This document shows, one piece after another, positions 28,016 to 38,100 of a DNA stretch of 64,000 bases; position 1 is the first letter of the stretch; every line of letters starts with the position of its first letter. The stretch spans positions 1-64,000 of IMG/VR virus record IMGVR_UViG_3300044675_005482. One strand, 5' to 3'. Source of the DNA: a virus. The notes under the pieces were generated by a model. That model was not told where the DNA came from. It saw only the letters and a list, made by a program, of their open reading frames with translations, and searched no databases. Made by a program: the position numbers and the translations under genes.

Positions 28016-29341
28016 ATGAATATCGAAAAATCATATTGGTCATCCAATGGAGAAAATATCCATCTTTCCGTTCCTTTCACAAAGGTTAACAGAGAGAAGA
28101 GAACAGTATCGGGTTTTGCAACATTAGACAATGTTGATCAAACAGGAGATGTCGTTACATCAGAAGCAAGCATGAAAGCATTTGAAAGCTTCCGTGGAAA
28201 TCTTCGTGAGATGCACACACCACTTGCAGTTGGTAAGGTAGTTTCTTTTAAGCCAGAAACTTACTATGATCCAGCATCAAAAGAATTTTACAGCGGAGTC
28301 TATGTAGATGCATACATCTCTAAGGGCGCACAAGATACATGGGAAAAAGTTCTAGACGGAACTCTATCTGGTTTTTCAATTGGCGGAAAGATTAATGAGT
28401 CAGATAATGAAGTTAACAAGTCAACAGGTAAGTCTGTAAGATTTATCAAGGACTACGATCTATTAGAGCTTTCAATTGTTGATTCACCAGCAAACGAGCT
28501 TTGCAACATTTTGTCAATTTCAAAGGTTAATGGACAATTAGTCTTTAAGGGAATTGCAGCAGACGTAGTTACAGAAAATATTTTTTATTGTGAAGAAAGT
28601 GATTCTGTTTTTATCTCAACAGAAAAAACTTATACATCTCCAGTTACTGGAAAGAACACCGAACTAATCGGCTGGGTAGAAAGTAACGATGTTAATAAAT
28701 CAAAAGAGATAGATAAGATTCTTGATTCATTTAAGCAATCAAGATTGTCGTTGCCTGATACACAAACAATTGCAAAACAGGCAAACGCAGAAGGAGGTAA
28801 TGAAGTGTCAGAAAACACAGAAAACGTAGTTGCAGAAGATGCAGTAGCACCAGAAGCAGCCGTAGAAGAAACATCAGTTGTTGCTGAAGAAGCACCAGCT
28901 GAGGCTCCTGCAGAAGATGCAGTAGCAGACGCTCCTGCCGAAACTCTGGAAAAAGCAGCCGACGTATCAGAAGTTGAGGTTGATGAACCTGATTTTGCAA
29001 AGATGCTAGGCGACATTAAAAACTTTTTCTCAGAAACTGTAAACAAGTCAGCAGAACTAAGTGCTGCTCAGGTTTCAGCAATCAAGGATTCAGTAGAGTC
29101 CCTAACAAAGAGTGTTGAAACAAAGATTACAGAATTGGCAGAACAAAACGCAACGCTTTCAAAGGCAGTTGCAGATATCAACAGCACACTCAACGGAGTT
29201 GAGAAGCGTGTTGACGCAGTTGAATCAGATACTGCAATTAAGAAGTCCAGTGACCTTGGCGGGTCTCAGGAAGTTTTACAAAAATCAAAATCAACTTGGA
29301 ACGGTTCTTTCCTCGGTTCCGTACACGAATTAATCAAATAA
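28016..29341 (+). CDS. Prohead protease fused to scaffold
   Basis: R.V.GFAT...D..GD; REMH; GFSIGG; ELSIVD.PAN; acidic Ala/Pro linker and coiled-coil C-terminus; TTGCGT-N17-TAAAAT promoter. Confidence 0.88.
   Translation: MNIEKSYWSSNGENIHLSVPFTKVNREKRTVSGFATLDNVDQTGDVVTSEASMKAFESFRGNLREMHTPLAVGKVVSFKPETYYDPASKEFYSGVYVDAYISKGAQDTWEKVLDGTLSGFSIGGKINESDNEVNKSTGKSVRFIKDYDLLELSIVDSPANELCNILSISKVNGQLVFKGIAADVVTENIFYCEESDSVFISTEKTYTSPVTGKNTELIGWVESNDVNKSKEIDKILDSFKQSRLSLPDTQTIAKQANAEGGNEVSENTENVVAEDAVAPEAAVEETSVVAEEAPAEAPAEDAVADAPAETLEKAADVSEVEVDEPDFAKMLGDIKNFFSETVNKSAELSAAQVSAIKDSVESLTKSVETKITELAEQNATLSKAVADINSTLNGVEKRVDAVESDTAIKKSSDLGGSQEVLQKSKSTWNGSFLGSVHELIK
28805..29341 (+). CDS. Nested in-frame scaffold protein (internal GTG start)
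   Basis: AAGGAGGT at 28791-28798, 6 nt before an in-frame GTG at the start of the acidic region. Confidence 0.65.
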   Translation: MSENTENVVAEDAVAPEAAVEETSVVAEEAPAEAPAEDAVADAPAETLEKAADVSEVEVDEPDFAKMLGDIKNFFSETVNKSAELSAAQVSAIKDSVESLTKSVETKITELAEQNATLSKAVADINSTLNGVEKRVDAVESDTAIKKSSDLGGSQEVLQKSKSTWNGSFLGSVHELIK

Positions 29342-29355
29342 GGTAGGTGAAATAA

Positions 29356-30405
29356 ATGAGTAATGAATTATTAGAAAAGGCAGCAGCAGCTGGAACTACA
29401 GCTACTGGTACTTTTGCTTCCGCAACTGGCGGAACAGGAGTGCACCGTGCATCAGAAAATGGTAACGGTGGTTTGCTAAACCCAGAACAATCAGCTAGAT
29501 TTCTAGATTATATGTTCGATGCTACCGTAATTGGTAAGGTCGCCCGTACAGTCCGAATGAAGGCAGATACAACAGAGATTGATCGTATGTCAGTAGGCGA
29601 GAAGCTTATGAAGCTTGCGTCAGAAGGCGAAGATACTTCTGCAAATTCAGCAGTAACTTTCTCAAAGATCTCTCTAACAACAAAGAAGCTTCGTTTAGAT
29701 TGGGAGCTTTCAACAGAATCTCTAGAAGACAACATCGAGGGTGCAGATCTTGAAGATCACATTGCACGTTTGATGGCAACACAGGCAGGTAACGATATCG
29801 AAGATGTAATTCTTAACGGAAATACAGCACTATCTTCAGACAATCTTTACAAGTCATTTGATGGTGCAGTTAAGAAGGCTAAGGCTAACGGTCACGTTGT
29901 CGATGCTGCAGGTGCGGGAATTTCTCGTGCAGTATTTAACTCAGCACTTAAGGCACTTCCACGTAAGTACAAGCAACGTCGTACAGACCTTCGCTTCCTT
30001 TCAGGATCAAACTTGATCCAGGATTACCTATACTCAACATCACAAAACATCCAGAATGTTAACCCACAGGATATCGCTTCAGGCATCATCCGTGGAGATG
30101 TTGCTCCTCTAGGTGGCCCAGCAGGATACGTAGCTCCATACGCTTTCGGTATTCCAATCGTTGAAGTTCCACTTCTTAAGGAGACACAGACTGGTGATTA
30201 TTCACTAGCAGCTGGAGACCACGGAGACATCCACTTAACATTCCCAAATAACGTTGTTATTGGTGTTAAGCGTGACGTAACTGTTTATCGTTTCTTCTGG
30301 CCAAAGAAGGACTCAATCGAATACACAATGTTTACTCGTGTTGGCGTTCAAATCGAACAAGCTGACGCATGGGTAGTCGTTAAGAACGTTAAGGTCGCTT
30401 CCTAA
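29356..30405 (+). CDS. Major capsid protein (HK97 fold)
   Basis: GGLLNPEQ; ELSTESLEDN; GNDIED..LNG; strong codon bias; follows the protease. Confidence 0.92.
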   Translation: MSNELLEKAAAAGTTATGTFASATGGTGVHRASENGNGGLLNPEQSARFLDYMFDATVIGKVARTVRMKADTTEIDRMSVGEKLMKLASEGEDTSANSAVTFSKISLTTKKLRLDWELSTESLEDNIEGADLEDHIARLMATQAGNDIEDVILNGNTALSSDNLYKSFDGAVKKAKANGHVVDAAGAGISRAVFNSALKALPRKYKQRRTDLRFLSGSNLIQDYLYSTSQNIQNVNPQDIASGIIRGDVAPLGGPAGYVAPYAFGIPIVEVPLLKETQTGDYSLAAGDHGDIHLTFPNNVVIGVKRDVTVYRFFWPKKDSIEYTMFTRVGVQIEQADAWVVVKNVKVAS

Positions 30406-30424
30406 TTAGGAAATAGGCTTGCAA

Positions 30425-30460
30425 GAAAGGCCCCCAATTAATTTTGGGGGCTTTTCATTT
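30425..30460 (+). terminator. Intrinsic terminator after the major capsid gene
   Basis: GAAAGGCCCCCAA-ttaatt-TTGGGGGCTTTTC followed by ATTT. Confidence 0.85.
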
Positions 30461-30507
30461 TAATTTAATAATGCTATAATTGCTTTACCTAGAAAAAGGA
30501 GATCTAC

Positions 30508-30909
30508 ATGTCATTTGATACATTAAAAGTATCTGAATTAAAAAAGGTCGCTGAAGATTTCGGCGTGGATACAAACGGTCTAAAGAACAAAGCAGACGTA
30601 ATAGCGGCACTATCAGAAGAAGGCGTTAGTTGGTCTGTATACGAGAAGACAACCCAGAGCCTAAAAGATATAGCAGAAGAAGATAAGATTGAAGTATTGC
30701 CTAAGTTTGATCCAAATAAGGCGCAAGCACCAGACACAGTCTTGGTTAGAATGGATAGAGCAAACTTTAGATACGATATTATGGGATACACTTTTACCAA
30801 GGACCACCCATTTGTTGCTATGAATGAAAAAGATGCACAAAACATCTTTGATGTTGAAGAAGGATTTAGAGTAGCAACTCCAAAAGAAGTACAGGAATTT
30901 TATAGCTAA
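30508..30909 (+). CDS. Protein with N-terminal HeH/Rho-N-like helical motif
   Basis: LKVSELKKVAEDFGV...KADVIAAL; TGCTATAAT promoter and AGGAG SD. Confidence 0.65.
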   Translation: MSFDTLKVSELKKVAEDFGVDTNGLKNKADVIAALSEEGVSWSVYEKTTQSLKDIAEEDKIEVLPKFDPNKAQAPDTVLVRMDRANFRYDIMGYTFTKDHPFVAMNEKDAQNIFDVEEGFRVATPKEVQEFYS

Positions 30910-30931
30910 GCAATAACTGGGGGTAAGATCA

Positions 30932-31915
30932 ATGGCAGAAATATTAGTAGGGACAAACTCACCAATATCACACCAAGTATTTTGGTATGGTGATGTAGTA
31001 GATGCAGACAATCTTCCAACTGTTAGAATATATGACACTACAGAAGACCCAGCCATATCGCCTCCAATAAGCCCTCTTACTCTTTTGCAAACTATTACTT
31101 CCGTTAAAGATGAGACAAACATCGGATTATACAATGTTTACTTGCCATTAACATTAGTCAATAGAAATAGAACTTTAAAGCTAGAGTGGAATTATTCTGT
31201 AGGCGGAATTAATGCAACCAAGACACACGATCTATTTGTAGTAACTCCGTACACAGACCTAGCACAGGCTTTCCAGTCTATTGGTTTAAGTTCTGATCCT
31301 TCAGACCCAATGTACAAAACGTTTAAAGAATTAAAGGCAGCAGAAAGATATGCTCGCAAAAAGATAGAAAACTATACGGGACAATCATTTTCTTTATACG
31401 ATGATATTCAAATTGTATATGGTGCTGGCTCGGACATATTGCCATTGTCATATAAGCTAAACGATTTACACGAGCTTTATGTAAATGATATCCTTTTGTA
31501 TGATTCTTTAAATGAAATTAATAACTGGGGATACAATGTTCAGATTTCTGAAACTGGATACGGCATAAGAGTTAATCGTGCCAATATGCTAGACAACACA
31601 GTATATGTTGCCAATGGAATGGTTCCGCCATCAATTAATGATTATGGTAGTGGAGTATTTAGAGACGGCGTAAAGTATAAGGTTGCTGGTAGATTTGGAT
31701 GGGATAAAGTTCCAGACGAAGTAGAACTAGCTTGTATTGAATTAATGAAGGACTTCTTCTCTACCGACAAAGAATGGAGAAATAAATACATAAAGTCAAT
31801 TCAGACATTTGATTGGAATTTTGATTACAATTCACTTGCATTTAGTGGCACTGGTAACCTACATGTAGACCAGCTTTTGTCTGAATACGTTATAACCAAG
31901 TCGGTAATAATATAA
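30932..31915 (+). CDS. Head-tail adaptor/connector
   Basis: A..KIENYTGQSF; GRFGW..VP.EV..A; GTGN..VD.LL; position. Confidence 0.75.
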   Translation: MAEILVGTNSPISHQVFWYGDVVDADNLPTVRIYDTTEDPAISPPISPLTLLQTITSVKDETNIGLYNVYLPLTLVNRNRTLKLEWNYSVGGINATKTHDLFVVTPYTDLAQAFQSIGLSSDPSDPMYKTFKELKAAERYARKKIENYTGQSFSLYDDIQIVYGAGSDILPLSYKLNDLHELYVNDILLYDSLNEINNWGYNVQISETGYGIRVNRANMLDNTVYVANGMVPPSINDYGSGVFRDGVKYKVAGRFGWDKVPDEVELACIELMKDFFSTDKEWRNKYIKSIQTFDWNFDYNSLAFSGTGNLHVDQLLSEYVITKSVII

Positions 31916-32344
31916 ATGAACAATTTAATAGATTCATTAATGTCAATGAAGTTGGACGTATATCGACAAATTGACTCACAAGATCCAAATACTGGAGCTA
32001 TTGTAAAGGAATGGATTTTTTATAAAACCATCAGCTGCCATGCAAAAGGGGTTATAAGTAATACAGCTACAGCAAGAGGCAGCGATAGACAGACATTTGA
32101 TAATAGATATAGAAACGAACAGGTAGTCCAATTAAGAACTGCTGAAAGATTAACGGCTAGAGAAAAAATAACTAATATCCGTGATTCAGAAAACAAGGTA
32201 ATTTGGACAGAGATCGATTACCCAAACGATACTCCAACTGTATTTGAAATAATTGGAACAACTCCTATAACAGATCCATTCGGCAAAACCGTAGGATTTA
32301 ATTCATCTGTAAAGAGATCGGAGAACCAGCAAATTGGATTCTAG
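31916..32344 (+). CDS. Head closure (stopper) protein
   Basis: Size, position and beta-rich pattern. Confidence 0.6.
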   Translation: MNNLIDSLMSMKLDVYRQIDSQDPNTGAIVKEWIFYKTISCHAKGVISNTATARGSDRQTFDNRYRNEQVVQLRTAERLTAREKITNIRDSENKVIWTEIDYPNDTPTVFEIIGTTPITDPFGKTVGFNSSVKRSENQQIGF

Positions 32345-33119
32345 TCAAATGTTAATTCAGGCATCCAGCGGTCTAGAAAGACTGATGGTTGGAAACCGTG
32401 ATAAGGCTATATTTAAAGATAGCACAGTCGCACAGGTGTCTGCATTTGTATACTATGAGGCTAGCGTAATATCCAAGTTAACAAAAAATAAAGCATTTCA
32501 AAATAAATTTAGTAAGTTAATCTTTGATCAAATAAACAAAGATTTTCCAGCATATATAGATTCACAAGCAAGAGTAAAGCCTAAATCACTTCACCATGTT
32601 TATGAATGGAAAAAGGCTGGACAACCAACTGCAAGACTATTTAAATTAAATAGGTTATCTCAAAATGGACTTTCATTTTCTTTTAATTATGAATTTTTAC
32701 CGTCTAGAAGTGCAGTGCCAACTAAGATGACTGGGAAAAAGCATGTGTTTGCAAACAAGGCTTCTGTTATGGAAAAAGGAGAGCCCATAATAATTGCTCC
32801 AAGGTCATCTGAGAGGCTTGTGTTCAATATGGATGGTGTAACCGTATTTATGCCAATAGGGGCCTCAGTGACCGTTAGAAGGCCTGGTGGAAGCTCTGTA
32901 AAGAACTTCTTTGACTTACAGTATTCAAGATATTTTAGTGGGCAATTAGTTAATGAATCTATTAAAAAATCTGGCTTTCAAAAAATGTTTAGTGGCTCAA
33001 TGGCAAAGGCTTTAAAGCTTCCAGGAAATATTAAAAGAATTCAATATTCATTTTCTAGTAATTCTATAAGGTCACAGGCAGACACGTCTTTGACTCAGGC
33101 ATTTGGAGGCTCACTATGA
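32334..33119 (+). CDS. Neck / tail-completion protein
   Basis: Basic protein between the stopper and tail terminator; LHHVYEW, ME.G. Confidence 0.55.
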   Translation: MDSSQMLIQASSGLERLMVGNRDKAIFKDSTVAQVSAFVYYEASVISKLTKNKAFQNKFSKLIFDQINKDFPAYIDSQARVKPKSLHHVYEWKKAGQPTARLFKLNRLSQNGLSFSFNYEFLPSRSAVPTKMTGKKHVFANKASVMEKGEPIIIAPRSSERLVFNMDGVTVFMPIGASVTVRRPGGSSVKNFFDLQYSRYFSGQLVNESIKKSGFQKMFSGSMAKALKLPGNIKRIQYSFSSNSIRSQADTSLTQAFGGSL

Positions 33120-33628
33120 CAGTAGATTATAAATTAGATGCGGCGGTTGAGCTAAGAAAGTACCTTTGGGATCAATTGCTAACAATAGGAATATTAGAGG
33201 ATAGAGACTATTATTCAGATAATATAGGAAAAGAAATTGTTCCTATTATTCCAGTACAACAGGCTCCAGAGCTAAATCAATTTTTAAGCGGAAAGACTCA
33301 TATAGTCTATGACAAGATAGGCATGTCATATGAAGACAACTGGGCAATATGTTGTGAGCAAATATTGTTTACAATTTATTCTACAGATGTCTCACAGGTT
33401 AATCAAATTAGAAACTTTATGACTGACCTATTTAGAAGAATGGACGAATCAGCTAAAGACGTAAATCTTTGGCCTGGGGTATCTGACAAGTTTAAGTTCT
33501 ACAGCATCTTTATATCTGAGATATCTCCAACAACTCCATCAGATGAGTTAAAGGGCTTCCTTTCAGCCGACGTCATTCTTGAGGTCAAGTACGCAAGAAT
33601 ATCTGACATTAATGGTCGATTTGTATAG
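33116..33628 (+). CDS. Tail terminator-like protein
   Basis: Position before the tail tube; size. Confidence 0.6.
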   Translation: MTVDYKLDAAVELRKYLWDQLLTIGILEDRDYYSDNIGKEIVPIIPVQQAPELNQFLSGKTHIVYDKIGMSYEDNWAICCEQILFTIYSTDVSQVNQIRNFMTDLFRRMDESAKDVNLWPGVSDKFKFYSIFISEISPTTPSDELKGFLSADVILEVKYARISDINGRFV

Positions 33629-33728
33629 AGTTTGCCTTTGGGCGCATTATACACTAGAATTAGACAAGAGGAACGGCCTAGCCAGCCAAAACAATTTAAT
33701 ATTATTTTTTTAATAGGAGGTAGAAACA

Positions 33729-34391
33729 ATGTCATTTAACAATGCGAAAAATATCCTTGTAGGAGCATCACCACTTTTCATTTCTGAAAAGGACTCAACA
33801 CAGTCAGGTTATGTAGTACAGGAGCCAGGAACAGCTGCAGCAGCAGCATATGTATCTGGTCAGTCATACACAAAGACTTTAAATGATCTTAATGGTACAA
33901 AGTATCGTAACGTAGGTTATACAAATAACGGTCTTCAGATCACATACAACCCAACATACGATTCAGTAACAGTAGATCAGCTTCTTGATACAGCTAAGCT
34001 GTTCAAGTCTGCAATGGAAGTTATGATTGCAACTGAAATGTCAGAAGGTACTCTAGAGAACATCCTAGTTGTATTTGGACAAAAGGCAGACACATTAGCA
34101 ACAACTGGTACAGGACTAACTAAGGTAGATACACTAGGTCTTGAAGCAGGTGCACTTGGTAATGAGCCAACAGAGCGCCAGCTAATTGCAGTAGGTGCAG
34201 CTCCAACTGCAGATGCTACACAAACAGAGCGTATTTACTATGCACGTCGAGTATTGTCTGTACAACAGTCACAGTTCTCACTTGCACGTAATACACCAAC
34301 AACATTCCCAGTAACCTTCCGTCTTCTTCCAGACGCAGCTTACACAGGAGCAGAATACGGTAAGATTATTGACCGAGTTCTAACAGTTTAA
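33729..34391 (+). CDS. Major tail tube protein
   Basis: NILVGA; VGYT..G; VDQ; PVTFRLLP; TTGCCT-N17-TAGAAT promoter at 33632-33660 and AGGAGG SD. Confidence 0.85.
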   Translation: MSFNNAKNILVGASPLFISEKDSTQSGYVVQEPGTAAAAAYVSGQSYTKTLNDLNGTKYRNVGYTNNGLQITYNPTYDSVTVDQLLDTAKLFKSAMEVMIATEMSEGTLENILVVFGQKADTLATTGTGLTKVDTLGLEAGALGNEPTERQLIAVGAAPTADATQTERIYYARRVLSVQQSQFSLARNTPTTFPVTFRLLPDAAYTGAEYGKIIDRVLTV

Positions 34392-34405
34392 TTTATTAAG
34401 CTTAG

Positions 34406-34439
34406 GAAGGCCTCCAGTAAAATGGGGGCCTTTCTGTTT
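34406..34439 (+). terminator. Intrinsic terminator after the tail tube gene
   Basis: GAAGGCCTCCA-gtaaaa-TGGGGGCCTTTC-TGTTT. Confidence 0.75.
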
Positions 34440-34495
34440 GTAGTGGTAATATCTATATGTTATAATAATTGAGACTAGATCCTAGGAGGATTAAA

Positions 34496-34828
34496 TTGGC
34501 AACAACAGTATATGACGTAGAAGAAATTACTCTACAAAATGGTGCTACAGCTAAGCTGAAGCCACTATCAATTAAAGAACTTAGAAAGTTTATGGTCGCC
34601 ATTCAAAGAACTGGCGAAGCAACTACAGAAGATGAAACATTAGATATTCTAATTGATGCTTGTGCAGTAGCACTTGAAAAACAACTACCAGAGTTGGTAG
34701 CAAATAGAGATTTACTAGAAGATGCATTAGACGTACCAACAATAAATCGCATACTTGAAGTATGTGGTGGTATTAAGTTGGACGACCCAAACCTACTAGC
34801 GGCAGCGGTTCTGGCTGGTCAGAACTAG
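34496..34828 (+). CDS. Tail assembly chaperone (G-like), TTG start
   Basis: AGGAGG SD at 34484-34489; lies between tail tube and tape measure. Confidence 0.85.
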   Translation: MATTVYDVEEITLQNGATAKLKPLSIKELRKFMVAIQRTGEATTEDETLDILIDACAVALEKQLPELVANRDLLEDALDVPTINRILEVCGGIKLDDPNLLAAAVLAGQN

Positions 34829-35157
34829 ACTTAGCCGCTTTAGAAGGGGAAGTTTTTCTTTTAGGACACTGGAAGAATTACGAAGAACTAGAAGAAAACA
34901 TTTCAATGCCAGAGTTAATACAAACATTGAAATCAATAAAGCAGAAAGAGTCGGAAGAAAGAAAGTTTCTAGCAGGAATGCAAGGAATAGATCTAGATAT
35001 CGATGAAAATAAAAAAGAAGGTCCTACCTTTGAAGACGTTAGAAGAAAAGCTTTAGGTATACAAGCAGATTCATCTGATGTGGTTTCATTACAAGGACAA
35101 ATAGCTGCAGAAGCAGGATTTGGAATTGGTGCAGGGCTAGGATATTCTAAGGAGTAA
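34777..35157 (+). CDS. Tail chaperone T segment (expressed as a GT frameshift fusion 34496..35157)
   Basis: The -1 frame reads PTSGSGSGWSELDLAALEGEVFLLGHWKNYEELEENISMPEL..., well upstream of the track's ATG 34906. Confidence 0.8.
   Translation, partial: VGRPKPTSGSGSGWSELDLAALEGEVFLLGHWKNYEELEENISMPELIQTLKSIKQKESEERKFLAGMQGIDLDIDENKKEGPTFEDVRRKALGIQADSSDVVSLQGQIAAEAGFGIGAGLGYSKE
34786..34792 (+). other. Programmed -1 ribosomal frameshift slippery site C-CCA-AAC
   Basis: X XXY YYZ heptamer in register with the G frame; the -1 frame is open 34777-35157. Confidence 0.85.
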
Positions 35158-35160
35158 TAG

Positions 35161-38100
35161 ATGGCTGAAGAACAAGTAAGAACCAGAATTACCGCAGATG
35201 CGGATTTTTCTGGTCTTATTGCAGATGTTCACAAAGTAACAGCGTCACTATCCAAGTTACAGGAAAAGATTGCATCATCAAACAAAATGTTTGCAAACCA
35301 AATTGCTGTAATGAATCGATCATTTTCCGATACTTTAAGAAGCACTGGACAGTTCTCCACACACTTTGTAAGCTTAAATTCTGATGTAGAAAAGTTTGGA
35401 AAGCAATTAGATTCTGGACAGCTTAAGCTTAATCAATACTACAAGACAATGCAGGGTCACACAAGAACTTCTGGTGGTCTCATAAGAGAACTTGCAAAAC
35501 AGCAAGTAGCATTACAAAACTCAATTATTCAACCCCTTGGCAGAAATGCTCAGGGGTTGATGCAATTTAACGTACAAGTACCAAGAGGATTAAACGAGGT
35601 AAAAAATAAGGCTGCTCTTGCTAGACAAGAATTGCAGATTATGAATAAAGTTGTTCAACAGGGAGCTGGTCAATTAATCAACTGGGGTAAAAATACTCAG
35701 TGGGCTGGTCGTCAGTTAACTGTAGGACTTACGCTTCCTCTAGCAGCATTTGGTAAAGCCGCAGCAGATGCTTTTAGAACTGCAGATCAAGAACTAACAA
35801 GACTTACAAAGGTTTACGGAGACACTGCTGGATCTACGGCAGAAGAATTGGGAAGAGTAAGAAAAGAAGTTGAAGATACAGCAAAGGCTTTATCACAAAA
35901 CTTAGGAGCATCTTATAGAGAAACACTGGCTCTAGGTGCTGATATTGCAGCAACTGGACAGACTGGCCAACAACTTATCGCATCTATTGAAGAAACTACA
36001 AGACTAGCAGTGCTTGGAGAAGTAGACAGAGGCGAAGCAATGAAAGCTACGCTTGCAATTCAGTCAGCATTTAAGCAAAACACAGAAGAGCTCACAGAAT
36101 CAATTAACTTTCTTAACGCAGTTGAAAACCAAACATCAACAAGCCTTGCAGATTTAGTAGAAGCAATTCCTAAAGCTGGACCAGTAATTCAAGGACTTGG
36201 TGGAAGCGTTCAAGATTTAGCTCTTTACCTAACAGCAATGCGTGAAGGTGGAATTAACGCATCAGAAGGTGCAAATGCATTGAAATCAGGTTTAGCGTCT
36301 TTAATTAACCCAACAAAGGTTGCAGTCGGACAGTTTAAAGAATTCGGAATAGACCTTCTTGGTATTGTTAACGAAAATGCTGGAAGCACAACGGACATGC
36401 TACTTGCACTACAAGCAGCACTTGACAACCTAGATCCATTAAAGAAACAGCAAGCAATTGAAAACCTATTCGGCAAGTTCCAGTTCGCAAGAATGAACGC
36501 TTTGTTTGAGAATCTAGGAAAGCAAGGTAGCCAGACTCTTCAAGTCCTAGATTTAATGAAAGCAAGCACAGATGAGCTCGGAGCATTAGCAGATCGAGAA
36601 TTAACAGCCGTAACTGAATCCGCATCTGGTAGATACAACCGTGCAGTAGAAGGATTAAAGGCGCAACTTGCTGGAATTGGAGAAGCTTTTCTTAATATTA
36701 ATACAACATTAATTAATGTTGTAACTAAGGTTTTAGAGTTTGTACAAAATATGCCAAAGCCATTAAAGCAAGTGCTAACATTATTTGGCGGATTAACAGC
36801 AGTAGCTGGTCCACTTATTATGTTAACTGGTGTACTTGCTAACTTCTTTGGATACATAATCAAGGGCGTATTCCACATGAAGGCCCTTCTTAAAGGCGGA
36901 GAAGGATGGAAATATTTAACTCCAGAAATTTTAGCAGCTGAAAAAGCTGGAAGCTTAATAGAACAAACACTTTATAGCGACGCTAAAGCAGCAGGCGTTT
37001 TACAACTAGCATTAAGAAATCTTATTGATGAATTTTCAGTACTAGAAGCAAAGGCTGCTTCGGGATCTATTTCTGTTGCACCAGCAGTCAGAACAATGGC
37101 TGGAAACATGGTTCAAGAAGCAGGTGCAGGAGCAAGAATGGTTGATAAGAACCATCCTCTTGTTGGACCAGCATACTCTAGAGCAAGTTCTCATATGAAT
37201 CCTAGAGGAACAATGTCTGAGACAGAAAGATTAAATCAGACATTCTTTGGAATGGTTCCTGGATCAATTCCTGTAAATCAAAAGATTGGCGCTAATCCAC
37301 AAATTTATGCGGAGTCAGATCTTCCAAATATTCCAGGCTTAACTAGAATTAACGGAGCATCAACTGGTATAGTTGCTTCAGAAGCAGGCAAGTGGCATGC
37401 AATGATGGCGACACTTGGAATGCAATCACAACAAGAAATTGCTGAGTTAAAGAAATCAATTGCTGCAACTGGAGTTGCAAGCCAACAGTTCATGTCAATA
37501 TTCGATGATGTTTTGCCAGCAGTTTCTGGAATAACAAGAAATGCTGCAATTGAATCACGAGCTATTATCGCTCAATTAGAAGCAGGCGCAATGAATGTTC
37601 AGCAGGCTAGAGCAGAGATTATTGCTTTAAATGCTAGAACAGAAGCTTTGATTGCAGAAACAACAATGGCTCAGGCTCGTGGAATGGGTAGAACATTAAA
37701 CCCAACAATGATTCCTACATTAGATCAGCCAGTAGTTAATGCTACTGGAAAGTCTAATATGCGTGAATTGTTTAAAAAGAGTAAGACAAAAGACTTTATT
37801 GATAAGATTGCACGTAGCCTAGGAGTAAGAACTTCTGGAGCAGGATATAATATTGAAACAACTATTCCAAAAAGATTTGCTAAAGGTGGAGTTGTATACA
37901 GAGCAGAAGGAAGCGATGGTCCAGAGTTTAAGCCAATGGGAACTGATACTGTTCCAGCAATGCTTACTCCTGGAGAGTTTGTTGTTAAAGCAGATGCAGT
38001 AACTCCAGAAACATTACCTTATCTTAAGGCACTAAATGATTCTGGTGCAGGCAAAGACTTTATGCCCGCAGCAATGATGTGGCAAGGCACCGATGCAAAT

